The position numbers and the translations under genes were made by a program. This document shows positions 38,714-50,400 of a DNA stretch of 62,572 bases, one piece after another. Positions within the stretch are counted from its first letter, which is position 1; each line of letters starts with the position of its first letter. Source of the DNA: Selaginella moellendorffii (taxonomy: Eukaryota; Plantae; Lycopodiophyta); the NCBI RefSeq assembly GCF_000143415.4, contig NW_003314459.1:9348-71919 (forward strand), in the 5' to 3' direction. The notes below the pieces were generated by a model. It was not told where the DNA came from and did not search any database. It saw nothing but the letters and a program-made list of their open reading frames with translations.

Positions 38714-39970
38714 AATCTCTGGTTGCAGGAGATTCTGTGGACGCAGAGCGAGGCATATTACTCGTCTATGAGGGATGTAACAAAGAGCTTGAAGCTCTGG
38801 ATGACATGTATTTCCTCGACACAGGTTGGCTTCTTCTTTTATTGACATTGCTGCCATTCTTGACAATATGGTTGCTGTTTTCCCGTGAAGAGATACTGAG
38901 GGAGAAAGATCCATCAGAACCAAAGCTATCCATGCGTAAGGAACTTAAGAGAAGGTGGCAAAGAGTATCGTGCCACGCCATTCGTGCTAGACAAGCAACG
39001 GGGATGCGGACAAGAGCTTGGTTTCATCTCACGTAGGTATCTGCGGAAAACCTTGGACCTCTTCAATTTTTCCCTGTCAAACTCATGCTACAGAGTTTCA
39101 AGCTCACGTTCAGCCGCAAGAAGATGTTCGAGGCTAGAGAAAGCGACGTATTCAACTACGGATACATGCTAGAAGCCTCCATCGATGGGAAACTCTTCCG
39201 TGGGCTGCTCTTCTAGTACAGGCCTGGCTTTGCTCAGGCAGTGCAATCTTACATGGCGAGGTTTGTTTCGTTTGATCCTCAGTTACTCTCTAACGCCAGG
39301 AGAGTGTCCTTTTGGACAGGGCACGGGCATTTTTCTTCGAGTGGTTACGTTCGTTGGTGGAAATATTGCCTTCCTTTCTTAAGGCATTATTCCATAATTA
39401 TTTGGTCTTTTAAATATAGCATATTTGCGAGGAGATTGGTGAGGAGAAAGCAGCCAGAATCATCAAGCAGCTGGTTAAGACCAATAGACTTATTGGAGGG
39501 GCATGGTACACCAGGATCTCAAGCTCGACAACATTCTTTCCAAACTAAACATGCGCGACAAAGTGGTGATCAACACCTTTAGGAGATATCACCACAGCGT
39601 AGTACATGGCAGCTGAGGTGGTGGAGAACAAGGTTTGGAGCTCTACATGGCAGCCTACTCAACTTTCTTACAGACAAAGCCATGAACTGTTTTAAAAAAA
39701 TCCAACTGGACTTGATTAATTGGGTGGGAGTCCATGCTCACTCCCACCCAAGGCCCCAATCTCAACCTCAAATCAATACTCATATATTTAAACGAAAGAG
39801 CCTGTATAATAATAGCATATACTGGGGACACTTATTCTGGGCATATGCCAAAATCTAATGGCCGAGATTAAACAATGGGGAGTCGTGACTTTTGGGATCA
39901 TAAAAAATTTCAATTGTCTTTTAGGGCGCGTGAGCACGAGGAGAGAGCGTCGATCATTGCTTGCAGGAAG

Positions 39971-40005
<35 letters not shown>

Positions 40006-41882
40006 TGCCTCTGTGTGTGTGTGTGTGTGTGTTTGATGAGGTCTTCATTGCAGAGCACCTCAGAGCTACAGTCAGCTGTACGTGAAGATTTGAAGCTGCC
40101 ACCGGTTCAAAAGCTGAGGAAACCGTTGTCAATGGCCACGTGCCGGAAAATGACAATCTTTTTTTGAGTCTCTCAAGTCCCTGTTTGTTCCAGGTTCTCA
40201 AGGCTGGAACCACGACTAGAATCAAGGTTTTTCACTCTCTTGCTCTTTGCAATTCTCTTTCGAGGCTTAAAGTTCCTGTTTGTTCCAGGTGCTCGAGGCT
40301 GGAACCAAGAGAAAAAAAAAAAAAATTTCGCCCACGGTTCACTTCAGTGGCTACAGCCGGGACGAGTGCCAGACCAATGATGTTGCCAGACCAACGATGT
40401 GCACATATTCGACTTTGGTATAAATTTCCTCTTCTTCCTCCACAGCCGTCGAAAGTATCTCGCTTGTAGGTAGATTTGTTTCCTGTTGGTCTCTCATGTG
40501 GCTTTTTCGTATTTTGTAGCGACTGGTGTTTGGGCGACTTCAAATCCCTCTGGTTCCAGGCCTTCTCTTCGAATCCCTCTGGTTCCAGGCCTTCTCTTCG
40601 AATCCCTCTGGTTCCAGGCCTTCTCAATCTCTGGTTGCAGGAGATTCTGTGGACGCAGAGCGAGGCATATTACTCGTCTATGAGGGATGTAACAAAGAGC
40701 TTGAAGCTCTGGATGACATGTATTTCCTCGACACAGGTTGGCTTCTTCTTTTATTGACATTGCTGCCATTCTTGACAATATGGTTGCTGTTTTCCCGTGA
40801 AGAGATACTGAGGGAGAAAGATCCATCAGAACCAAAGCTATCCATGCGTAAGGAACTTAAGAGAAGGTGGCAAAGAGTATCGTGCCACGCCATTCGTGCT
40901 AGACAAGCAACGGGGATGCGGACAAGAGCTTGGTTTCATCTCACGTAGGTATCTGCGGAAAACCTTGGACCTCTTCAATTTTTCCCTGTCAAACTCATGC
41001 TACAGAGTTTCAAGCTCACGTTCAGCCGCAAGAAGATGTTCGAGGCTAGAGAAAGCGACGTATTCAACTACGGATACATGCTAGAAGCCTCCATCGATGG
41101 GAAACTCTTCCGTGGGCTGCTCTTCTAGTACAGGCCTGGCTTTGCTCAGGCAGTGCAATCTTACATGGCGAGGTTTGTTTCGTTTGATCCTCAGTTACTC
41201 TCTAACGCCAGGAGAGTGTCCTTTTGGACAGGGCACGGGCATTTTTCTTCGAGTGGTTACGTTCGTTGGTGGAAATATTGCCTTCCTTTCTTAAGGCATT
41301 ATTCCATAATTATTTGGTCTTTTAAATATAGCATATTTGCGAGGAGATTGGTGAGGAGAAAGCAGCCAGAATCATCAAGCAGCTGGTTAAGACCAATAGA
41401 CTTATTGGAGGGGCATGGTACACCAGGATCTCAAGCTCGACAACATTCTTTCCAAACTAAACATGCGCGACAAAGTGGTGATCAACACCTTTAGGAGATA
41501 TCACCACAGCGTAGTACATGGCAGCTGAGGTGGTGGAGAACAAGGTTTGGAGCTCTACATGGCAGCCTACTCAACTTTCTTACAGACAAAGCCATGAACT
41601 GTTTTAAAAAAATCCAACTGGACTTGATTAATTGGGTGGGAGTCCATGCTCACTCCCACCCAAGGCCCCAATCTCAACCTCAAATCAATACTCATATATT
41701 TAAACGAAAGAGCCTGTATAATAATAGCATATACTGGGGACACTTATTCTGGGCATATGCCAAAATCTAATGGCCGAGATTAAACAATGGGGAGTCGTGA
41801 CTTTTGGGATCATAAAAAATTTCAATTGTCTTTTAGGGCGCGTGAGCACGAGGAGAGAGCGTCGATCATTGCTTGCAGGAAG

Positions 41883-41885
<3 letters not shown>

Positions 41886-41968
<83 letters not shown>
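41886..41968. repeat. (CT)n microsatellite followed by (GT)n; longest of the per-unit tracts
   Basis: 83-nt CT tract, versus 29 nt (39974-40002) at the same position in D2. Confidence 0.95.
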
Positions 41969-41971
<3 letters not shown>

Positions 41972-44323
41972 TGCCTCTGTGTGTGTGTGTGTGTGTGTTT
42001 GATGAGGTCTTCATTGCAGAGCACCTCAGAGCTACAGTCAGCTGTACGTGAAGATTTGAAGCTGCCACCGGTTCAAAAGCTGAGGAAACCGTTGTCAATG
42101 GCCACGTGCCGGAAAATGACAATCTTTTTTTGAGTCTCTCAAGTCCCTGTTTGTTCCAGGTTCTCAAGGCTGGAACCACGACTAGAATCAAGGTTTTTCA
42201 CTCTCTTGCTCTTTGCAATTCTCTTTCGAGGCTTAAAGTTCCTGTTTGTTCCAGGTGCTCGAGGCTGGAACCAAGAGAAAAAAAAAAAAAATTTCGCCCA
42301 CGGTTCACTTCAGTGGCTACAGCCGGGACGAGTGCCAGACCAATGATGTTGCCAGACCAACGATGTGCACATATTCGACTTTGGTATAAATTTCCTCTTC
42401 TTCCTCCACAGCCGTCGAAAGTATCTCGCTTGTAGGTAGATTTGTTTCCTGTTGGTCTCTCATGTGGCTTTTTCGTATTTTGTAGCGACTGGTGTTTGGG
42501 CGACTTCAAATCCCTCTGGTTCCAGGCCTTCTCTTCGAATCCCTCTGGTTCCAGGCCTTCTCTTCGAATCCCTCTGGTTCCAGGCCTTCTCAATCTCTGG
42601 TTGCAGGAGATTCTGTGGACGCAGAGCGAGGCATATTACTCGTCTATGAGGGATGTAACAAAGAGCTTGAAGCTCTGGATGACATGTATTTCCTCGACAC
42701 AGGTTGGCTTCTTCTTTTATTGACATTGCTGCCATTCTTGACAATATGGTTGCTGTTTTCNNNNNNNNNNNNNNNNNNNNNNNNNNNNNNNNNNNNNNNN
42801 NNNNNNNNNNNNNNNNNNNNNNNNNNNNNNNNNNNNNNNNNNNNNNNNNNNNNNNNNNNNNNNNNNNNNNNNNNNNNNNNNNNNNNNNNNNNNNNNNNNN
42901 NNNNNNNNNNNNNNNNNNNNNNNNNNNNNNNNNNNNNNNNNNNNNNNNNNNNNNNNNNNNNNNNNNNNNNNNNNNNNNNNNNNNNNNNNNNNNNNNNNNN
43001 NNNNNNNNNNNNNNNNNNNNNNNNNNNNNNNNNNNNNNNNNNNNNNNNNNNNNNNNNNNNNNNNNNNNNNNNNNNNNNNNNNNNNNNNNNNNNNNNNNNN
43101 NNNNNNNNNNNNNNNNNNNNNNNNNNNNNNNNNNNNNNNNNNNNNNNNNNTGATCCTCAGTTACTCTCTAACGCCAGGAGAGTGTCCTTTTGGACAGGGC
43201 ACGGGCATTTTTCTTCGAGTGGTTACGTTCGTTGGTGGAAATATTGCCTTCCTTTCTTAAGGCATTATTCCATAATTATTTGGTCTTTTAAATATAGCAT
43301 ATTTGCGAGGAGATTGGTGAGGAGAAAGCAGCCAGAATCATCAAGCAGCTGGTTAAGACCAATAGACTTATTGGAGGGGCATGGTACACCAGGATCTCAA
43401 GCTCGACAACATTCTTTCCAAACTAAACATGCGCGACAAAGTGGTGATCAACACCTTTAGGAGATATCACCACAGCGTAGTACATGGCAGCTGAGGTGGT
43501 GGAGAACAAGGTTTGGAGCTCTACATGGCAGCCTACTCAACTTTCTTACAGACAAAGCCATGAACTGTTTTAAAAAAATCCAACTGGACTTGATTAATTG
43601 GGTGGGAGTCCATGCTCACTCCCACCCAAGGCCCCAATCTCAACCTCAAATCAATTTAAAAGCACTATTGAATCTCAATATCCCTAATCCCTACTATACT
43701 TTTGAAACCCTAAACACCCCCTCCCCCCCCCTTAAAAAAAGCCATTTCTGAAGGAATAAGACAGTATTAAATAAACTGTTGTGTATGTACGTGTTTATAG
43801 ACACAACTTTGAAGCCATGAGCTTGGTTTGATTTGGTGTACATTAACTCAGGGCATATAAATGATTACTATGTTTGATTTTATTTAGTGTTTTGCTCTCT
43901 CTCGTAAAGCTTTTAGGTAAAAAACAAAATGTCTATGTCGTTCCAGATCACAATCCTAAAAACGCTTTAGACATTCAAAAGGAAGCGTGCAGGCAGAAAA
44001 AAGTTCAGAAGAGTGACCTGCACATACAAGAATCTCATTCTATTGTGCTATTGCTATGTTTGCTCTGAGTCGGGATCACTTTAGAAGGGACAGGCCAATG
44101 GCAGACAGTCTGAAGAGCACGAGCTCCAGCTCCGTGACGACTTCCCCACTGGTAATCGCTCCTTTTATCGCACCTTTGGTTTGCAATAATCTATGAAAGA
44201 GCAATCGCAGTCTCTTGATCTTCCAAAGTCATGTCAAACAATGACATGACCACTGAGTGAGTATAAATATCCTTCCTTCGACAAGACTGTATGGCACACA
44301 CAAACTTTGTCATTGTTTTGTCT

Positions 44324-45500
44324 CTAAACATTTTTGCTGTGTGAAGGCTGGATCCTATCCCTGTATTTCTCATCCGGCCAGATTCCAAAGCCTCTGCAAT
44401 CCACAAACGTTCTCCAGGAGCTGGCTGTGAGGTGGAAGAAGCAACGCGTCCACAAACTCCACGGCATCCTCCACAATCTCCTCGATCTTCTTTTTGATGG
44501 CTTCCAACTCCGCCTCACTGGCCAGTCTTTCTTCCAGCAAGTACTTCTTGAAAGAAGGGGGATGGGATTGCGAGCAGCATACTTGCTCGTTTGCTCTGAC
44601 AGAAAGAAGAACAAAGTTTAGCTTCCAAAGAACCAGAAGAGAGCGAAGAACAAAGCGAGGCACTTGCCAGGCTTCCAGAGCTCGTCCAGATCGATGAGAG
44701 AATGACCTCTATATACCGATAAGTTTCACACTCCACTAATGTCGGGCTGTCACCCCTCCAAGCTCTCGCAATGGCTTCCTTGGCCACCTCACTGACTTTG
44801 AGCACGTCCATTCCATCGACGTGAACTCCATGCATACAAAAGCCTCTCTTTTCTTCCAGATATCCAGCACTGACGTAGCTCGAAAGTGGTCCATGCCGAT
44901 CGTGCAGAGGTTGCGTGGACAATTGGCAGCTTCCATGTCCAAGCACTCCAAGAACTGCCCATTGTTGCAAGTCCCATCCCCGAAAACACCAGCGTCACTG
45001 CGTTCACACTGAGATCCTTGAGAACTTCCCGCAAGAACTTGGTTGAGAAGGCTGCTCCAGTCGCCACGGGGATCCCATTACCGATGAAAGCAAATCCTCC
45101 CAGCAGCGGAGAACATATGCATGGATCCACCTTGGCCGTGCCCAGCCAGTGGATTTGCTGAAGAGCTCGCTCATCACTTGCCTGGCAGGGACACCTTTTC
45201 TCAGCGCGTGGATGTGATTGCAGTAAGTGCTGCAAATGTAGTCCTCCTTGAGTGCCTTGACAAATCCCATGGACACGGCCTCCTGTCCATTGCTGGACAA
45301 ATACAAACATCTTGCTCCTATAATACATCTGACCAGGGATCATGTCCTCGTAGAGCCCCAATCACTCCTCCCTTGTCACGAGCTGGAGAGATTCCTTGGC
45401 AGGGGCCGCTGTGGGGGGCGGCAGCAGCACAGCTGATCCATGGAAATCCTGGCCCTCACATTGACGCTGCTCTACCACGCTGGAAGATTGCATATAAGAA
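44324..45500 (-). pseudogene. PDH-E1 ALPHA: Plastid pyruvate dehydrogenase E1 alpha subunit pseudogene
   Basis: [97 protein letters not shown] and GFGIWPD, spread over all three frames with deletions. Confidence 0.92.
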
Positions 45501-47259
45501 TGTCTGCCAAACCATCCATAGCAGCATATCAGCCGCGCTACCTTTCTCCTTTTAAAGCTGATGGTTTTTGCAATGTATTGAAAATACCTGTAGTTATAAA
45601 AAGAACTTCGAAAGCTTTTATACATATGAATTCCTCAAAAGCACTGCTGCAAGCTTAGAGTGCTAACAGGGAAACTATGGGTATCCATTTGGTAAGTTAT
45701 TTTAATGCTTTTATTATTAGTTTTTTTTAGGTCTATTAGGTTTTGATCTGGTCTACAAACCTATTCGGCTTTGGGTGCAGGTTCATTTAAAAAAGGTCTG
45801 CAAGGGGAGCTTGGGTGGCTGCTACGGATCTCTGAGTGAATCGGACGAGTAAAAGACTGAGCGAAGGCTGGGCTTTTATGTAAGGTGCCTTTCTGGTATC
45901 TTCATCTGCTTTTCAAGTTCATCAGTCACTCAACTTGATTCAAAATGCAGGAAAAGCTGGGCAGAAAAATGTGTATAATGAATAAAGCACTGATCTGATC
46001 TCTTCTCCAGCATCGCCGAATCTTCTCCCCTGTGCACAACGAAGTGGAGCTCACATATTTGCTAAGTGCGTGTCTTGGGCCAGGCACTGTATCACAATAT
46101 CGTCACCATCTCAATGCTTTCGTACAAGATGTGAGACAATGAGAGAAAGAACCTCAAGAAAACATGGCTTTCGGTGGATCTTCAATGTAGAAAGTAGATT
46201 AAATGCAAATGGTCAGCATGGGCTTATACAAGCTTGATGATTCCCACATTGTCTTGTGGAATTCATCGAGAATCTGAGCAAACGTGGACTGCATCTTTGC
46301 TGTTCAGTGCTTGGCACAATCTTCGTATGGCAACCTTGGGTTCTTGCTTAACTTGCAAGAGTGTTTTGGAGGGCTAACCTAAGTACATTAAACCTATTGC
46401 CGACTGGATTACCAGCCGGCCATCATTGTATATACAATAAAGTCTCCTGGCTAACAAGCCCTTGTCTCCTTTCCAATGTCTTGTATTAATAATTTTTTAT
46501 CTTATTTCAGATGTCCTACGAATGTTATTTCCAAAGAAATGTGTCTGTCTGGGTTTGGGCCTTGGTCTTGGTTAATATATACATGAAAAATGTTTAACAT
46601 AAAATAAAGAATACTTCTATTTTTAAATATTAATCTTAAAATACATGAATATAAATATTAGGATAAAAAGGAAATATGAAATATAAATATGTAAATTATT
46701 ATAAGTTATGAAAATAAAATATAACACTATAACAATATTTTATTTTGTAAATTTACAAGATGTATGTAGTTGTAGTGAGTTTTAAATATATATTGTTTAA
46801 CGTCATTATGTTTTAGGCTTTTTAAGTAATATATAATTCATTAAGAGGAAAAATTGTAGAGTTGAATGAATCATCAAGAAATAATATTTTTTTAATAAAT
46901 TTTATAGATTTCAAATAAAAGAAAAAATTAGTTACCAAAGCTGAATCTCTAAATGACTCATCTAGCCATGGGGTTCCATAGAGAGGAATTCCATTTATAA
47001 AAGATTGAAGATTTTGCTCAACAATCAGAGTTTTAAATGTGATTTAATGTTATGAGTTATATTTATTATGTTATGATGTGTGTTGGTGATAAACTCAATT
47101 GTAGAAGAGATTTTCAATATAAAGATTACATTATATTTAACTATGTATGTTATCATTATAATTATGTTAAAAAATTACAATTATGATCACAACGCTTTGA
47201 AATTACTAAAACATCAGAAATAAACACGATGCTCCCAGCGTAGCTGGGACTTTTGCTAG

Positions 47260-47465
47260 TCATCATCATACTCATATATTTAAACGAAAGAGCCCGTATA
47301 ATAATAGCATATACTGGGGACACTTATTCTGGGCATATGCCAAAATCTAACGGCTGAGATTAGACAATGTAAAGTCGTGACTTTTGGGATCATAAAAATT
47401 TTCAATTGTCTTTTAGGGTGCGTGACCACAAGGAGAGAGCATCGATCATCGCTTGTGGGAAGGTA

Positions 47466-47496
<31 letters not shown>

Positions 47497-50400
47497 CCTC
47501 TGTGAGTGTGTGTGTGTGTTTGATGGAACGATTTAGAAGGCTACAGTCAGCTGTACATGATGCCACTGGTTGGTTCATTCTCGAGTTCAAAAGCTCACGC
47601 ACCGGAAAATGACAATCATTTAACCAACGCCGAAGCGTTCTTCAACAGGAGAATTATCCAGTTCGTGAAGAAACGAGTCGCACTTATGGAAAAAGTACTA
47701 ACGCAGAATATCATCTGGTAAAAGAGTCTCGACCCCCCTATTGTCGTCCCTGCGATTCTAGCTTGAGATGTTCCAGGATGACCAAGATATTACGGCCAAT
47801 CGCAGCAACGGTGGCATCAAGCCTGGCGAGGGACCAAAAACCTCCTACCAAAAGCCGCAACCCGCATTTGTTCCTTATCCAACACCTTTGAGTGAGTTCC
47901 TTCGATTTAGACACTAGAAAAAACTCTAATGCGTTCGTTTTTGGACAGCTCCGGAAGAAGTCCTGGGAACAGCACTGGATAACGATCCTAAGCGGCTGAA
48001 AGCTCCAGCCTATTACAACGAGGTTGTGTTTGTTTCTCCATTTGCAAAGGTTTGAGAGGCTCACGGCTTTCTCTGTGTCGCCATAGTTGTGCTCGATGAC
48101 CAGTGAGAACAGGATCGACGCCTTCCAGACTTATGCGGGGAACAAATCCACCAGCATCCGCCTGCGCAGGTGCATTTGGCAGATCGACGTGCTCTGCCCG
48201 GAAATGCGACGAGGATTGGGAGTGAAAGGCGATGGAGCTACGACAGGGACGACGTCTCGGACAATGAGGGGATTCACGTTGTCATCGACGACTAGAATCA
48301 AGGTTCTTCACTCTCTTGCTTGTCGCTATTCTTCTTTCGGGTCTCTCAAGTCCCTGTTTGTTCCAGGTTCTCAAGGCTGGAACCACGACTAGAATCAAGG
48401 TTTTTCACTCTCTTGCTCTTCGCTATTCTCTTTCGAGGCTTAAAGTTCCTGTTTGTTCCAGGTCCTTGAGGCTGGAACCAAGAGAAAAAATAGAAATTTT
48501 TGTCCACGGTTTGCTTCCTTGTTCTTCAGTTTTGCGTTTTTAAAGCATTGAGAGGGATTTCTATTTTGCAGCGCTATAAACCCTGTAGTCTCTACATGGA
48601 TAGTCATACGGGACAGCCATACATGGTGCTCTTCAGTTTATGACAAGTTCTCTTGAGGAAATGTTGGCAGTCAAGCACAAAAAAACTGGCTTGAAGGACA
48701 TGATGGAATACTCTCTTATAACAGTTATGGCTGTTCATATCTGAGGGTTTCATGTCTGACTCTCTCTCGTGTCACTTTGCAGCATTAGGAACGAAACAAG
48801 GAGAGCGAGCTCCTTGATTCTTCACTGTTGATAAGTTTCTTTCTCGCATTTTTTGCAGTTGTCACTGTTTCTGAGTCTCCACAATGAATGCTTTGGAAAT
48901 GGGTATGTATGTGATTTACAGTCTTTGCAATGTAAGTTGAATGTGTTTGCAAAAGAACAGGTCATGAGTACTGGGAAGATGAAGGCATTGAAGAAAAAAA
49001 GCCAGCATGCAGGCAAATGATGAACAAACATATTTCACCCATATGATCCTGTCACTTACAGGTATCAATATACTGCTGTGTTAGCAGTGTTTACATTTAT
49101 CCTTTCGTCTTGATTACAGAGTGGAACCTCTGATATCTATTCCTTTTGGAGAAAGTCAGTGAATATCTTGGGATACAGGTAAACATAGTGCTTTGTAAGT
49201 TTTGCTATCAAAGCTAGAGGAAGTTCTTCGGTTGGGGTATGGTTTTGTCACAGCTTTTTACGGCAGTATGGTGACAGAAAGGCTATCTAGAAGTCCCAAT
49301 GGTAGAGTCGACTTAATGCTACAGGTAAGTCTTGCTCTTTGCTATCACATCATTCTCGTGTGGATCCAGGATACAAAATTTAAGCACCACTACATATCGC
49401 TATCTGATCAACGACAGCAGTGGCTGGAGAGAGAGAAAGGAGATTTGGAGTCTGAATCACAGCAGTAGCAGCAGCAGCATCACCAGTGAGAAGATCTCAA
49501 GGCCATGAGAATCCTCCACCAGTTTGGGATCAGTCACATGTACGTAGCAGCCAGGTGAGAAGGGCAGTGAGAGGGACAGGGACGAAGATCTCACGAGGGA
49601 CAGGGATGAAGATCTTACAGGGTCCGTCATCACCCGATTGATGAGGTCCTGGTTTGCTCTATCACTTTGGAGCCATCTCTGAATGGCAAGGTGAGCTTCA
49701 ACGTGGTGGCAGTGATCCAGAGCAGCAGCTCTAGAAGTGGTAATGATGACCATGCGTTTCTCTACAAGGACATGGTGCTGTACAAATCCAATTACTATTA
49801 GCATCACATGTCTGAGGACAAATTAAGTGAAGTGGTGCCAGATTCAATTGTATTTGTGTTGTAATACTACATTATATATAAGGTGTCTCCTACCCTTGAC
49901 TGGCTACAAAAAATAGCAAATGTCTTTCCCTCTTTGCTCTAAGTGAGCACTCTGACCAACACACATAACAGTAACATATGTGTCGAGAAGGCCAAGTACA
50001 AGCCCACTGCTCAGTTCAAGCTCAAAGTCACCTTGCTTCTCTACATTTATATCAACAGCTCCTCTACATAATCAGGCTGTGTACTCCACATGAACCATGG
50101 AGCCTAGAGTTGGCCTGTCGCAAGATGTCTCTTCTCCTCTGGTATTCCTGTTGAAGCACTAAGCNNNNNNNNNNNNNNNNNNNNNNNNNNNNNNNNNNNN
50201 NNNNNNNNNNNNNNNNNNNNNNNNNNNNNNNNNNNNNNNNNNNNNNNNNNNNNNNNNNNNNNNNNNNNNNNNNNNNNNNNNNNNNNNNNNNNNNNNNNNN
50301 NNNNNNNNNNNNNNNNNNNTTAGTGCTACTGATATCAGCACATGGAACTGCACACTCACTAAAGAGAATCCATTCACTGCGAAGAGGAACCCACCAAAAA

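Larger units (their letters stand above)
38203..43654 (+). repeat. Three near-identical tandem copies of a 1912-bp Helitron-5'-end unit (D1-D3) with kelch exons
   Basis: Junctions AATCAA|TACTCATATATTTAAACG at 39776/39777 and 41688/41689. ORF offsets are 1912 and 1966; the 54-bp difference is (CT)n length. Kelch exons include AGDSVDAERGILLVYEGCNKELEALDDMYFLDT. Confidence 0.9.
41689..47259 (+). mobile_element. Helitron-like unit D3-long (D module + PDH E1-alpha cargo + canonical 3' end)
   Basis: Starts TACTCATATATTTAAACG. Hairpin at 47233-47249, CTAG at 47256-47259. Confidence 0.8.

Noticed and set aside
32422-43460. Long ORFs spanning N runs or CT tracts (e.g. 32422-32886, 37925-38557, 42492-43460, RERE/SLSL peptides)
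   Set aside because: Artefacts of assembly gaps and microsatellites.
45700-46500. Further captured exon-like sequence after the PDH pseudogene
   Set aside because: Splice-like signals are present but no protein family could be recognised.
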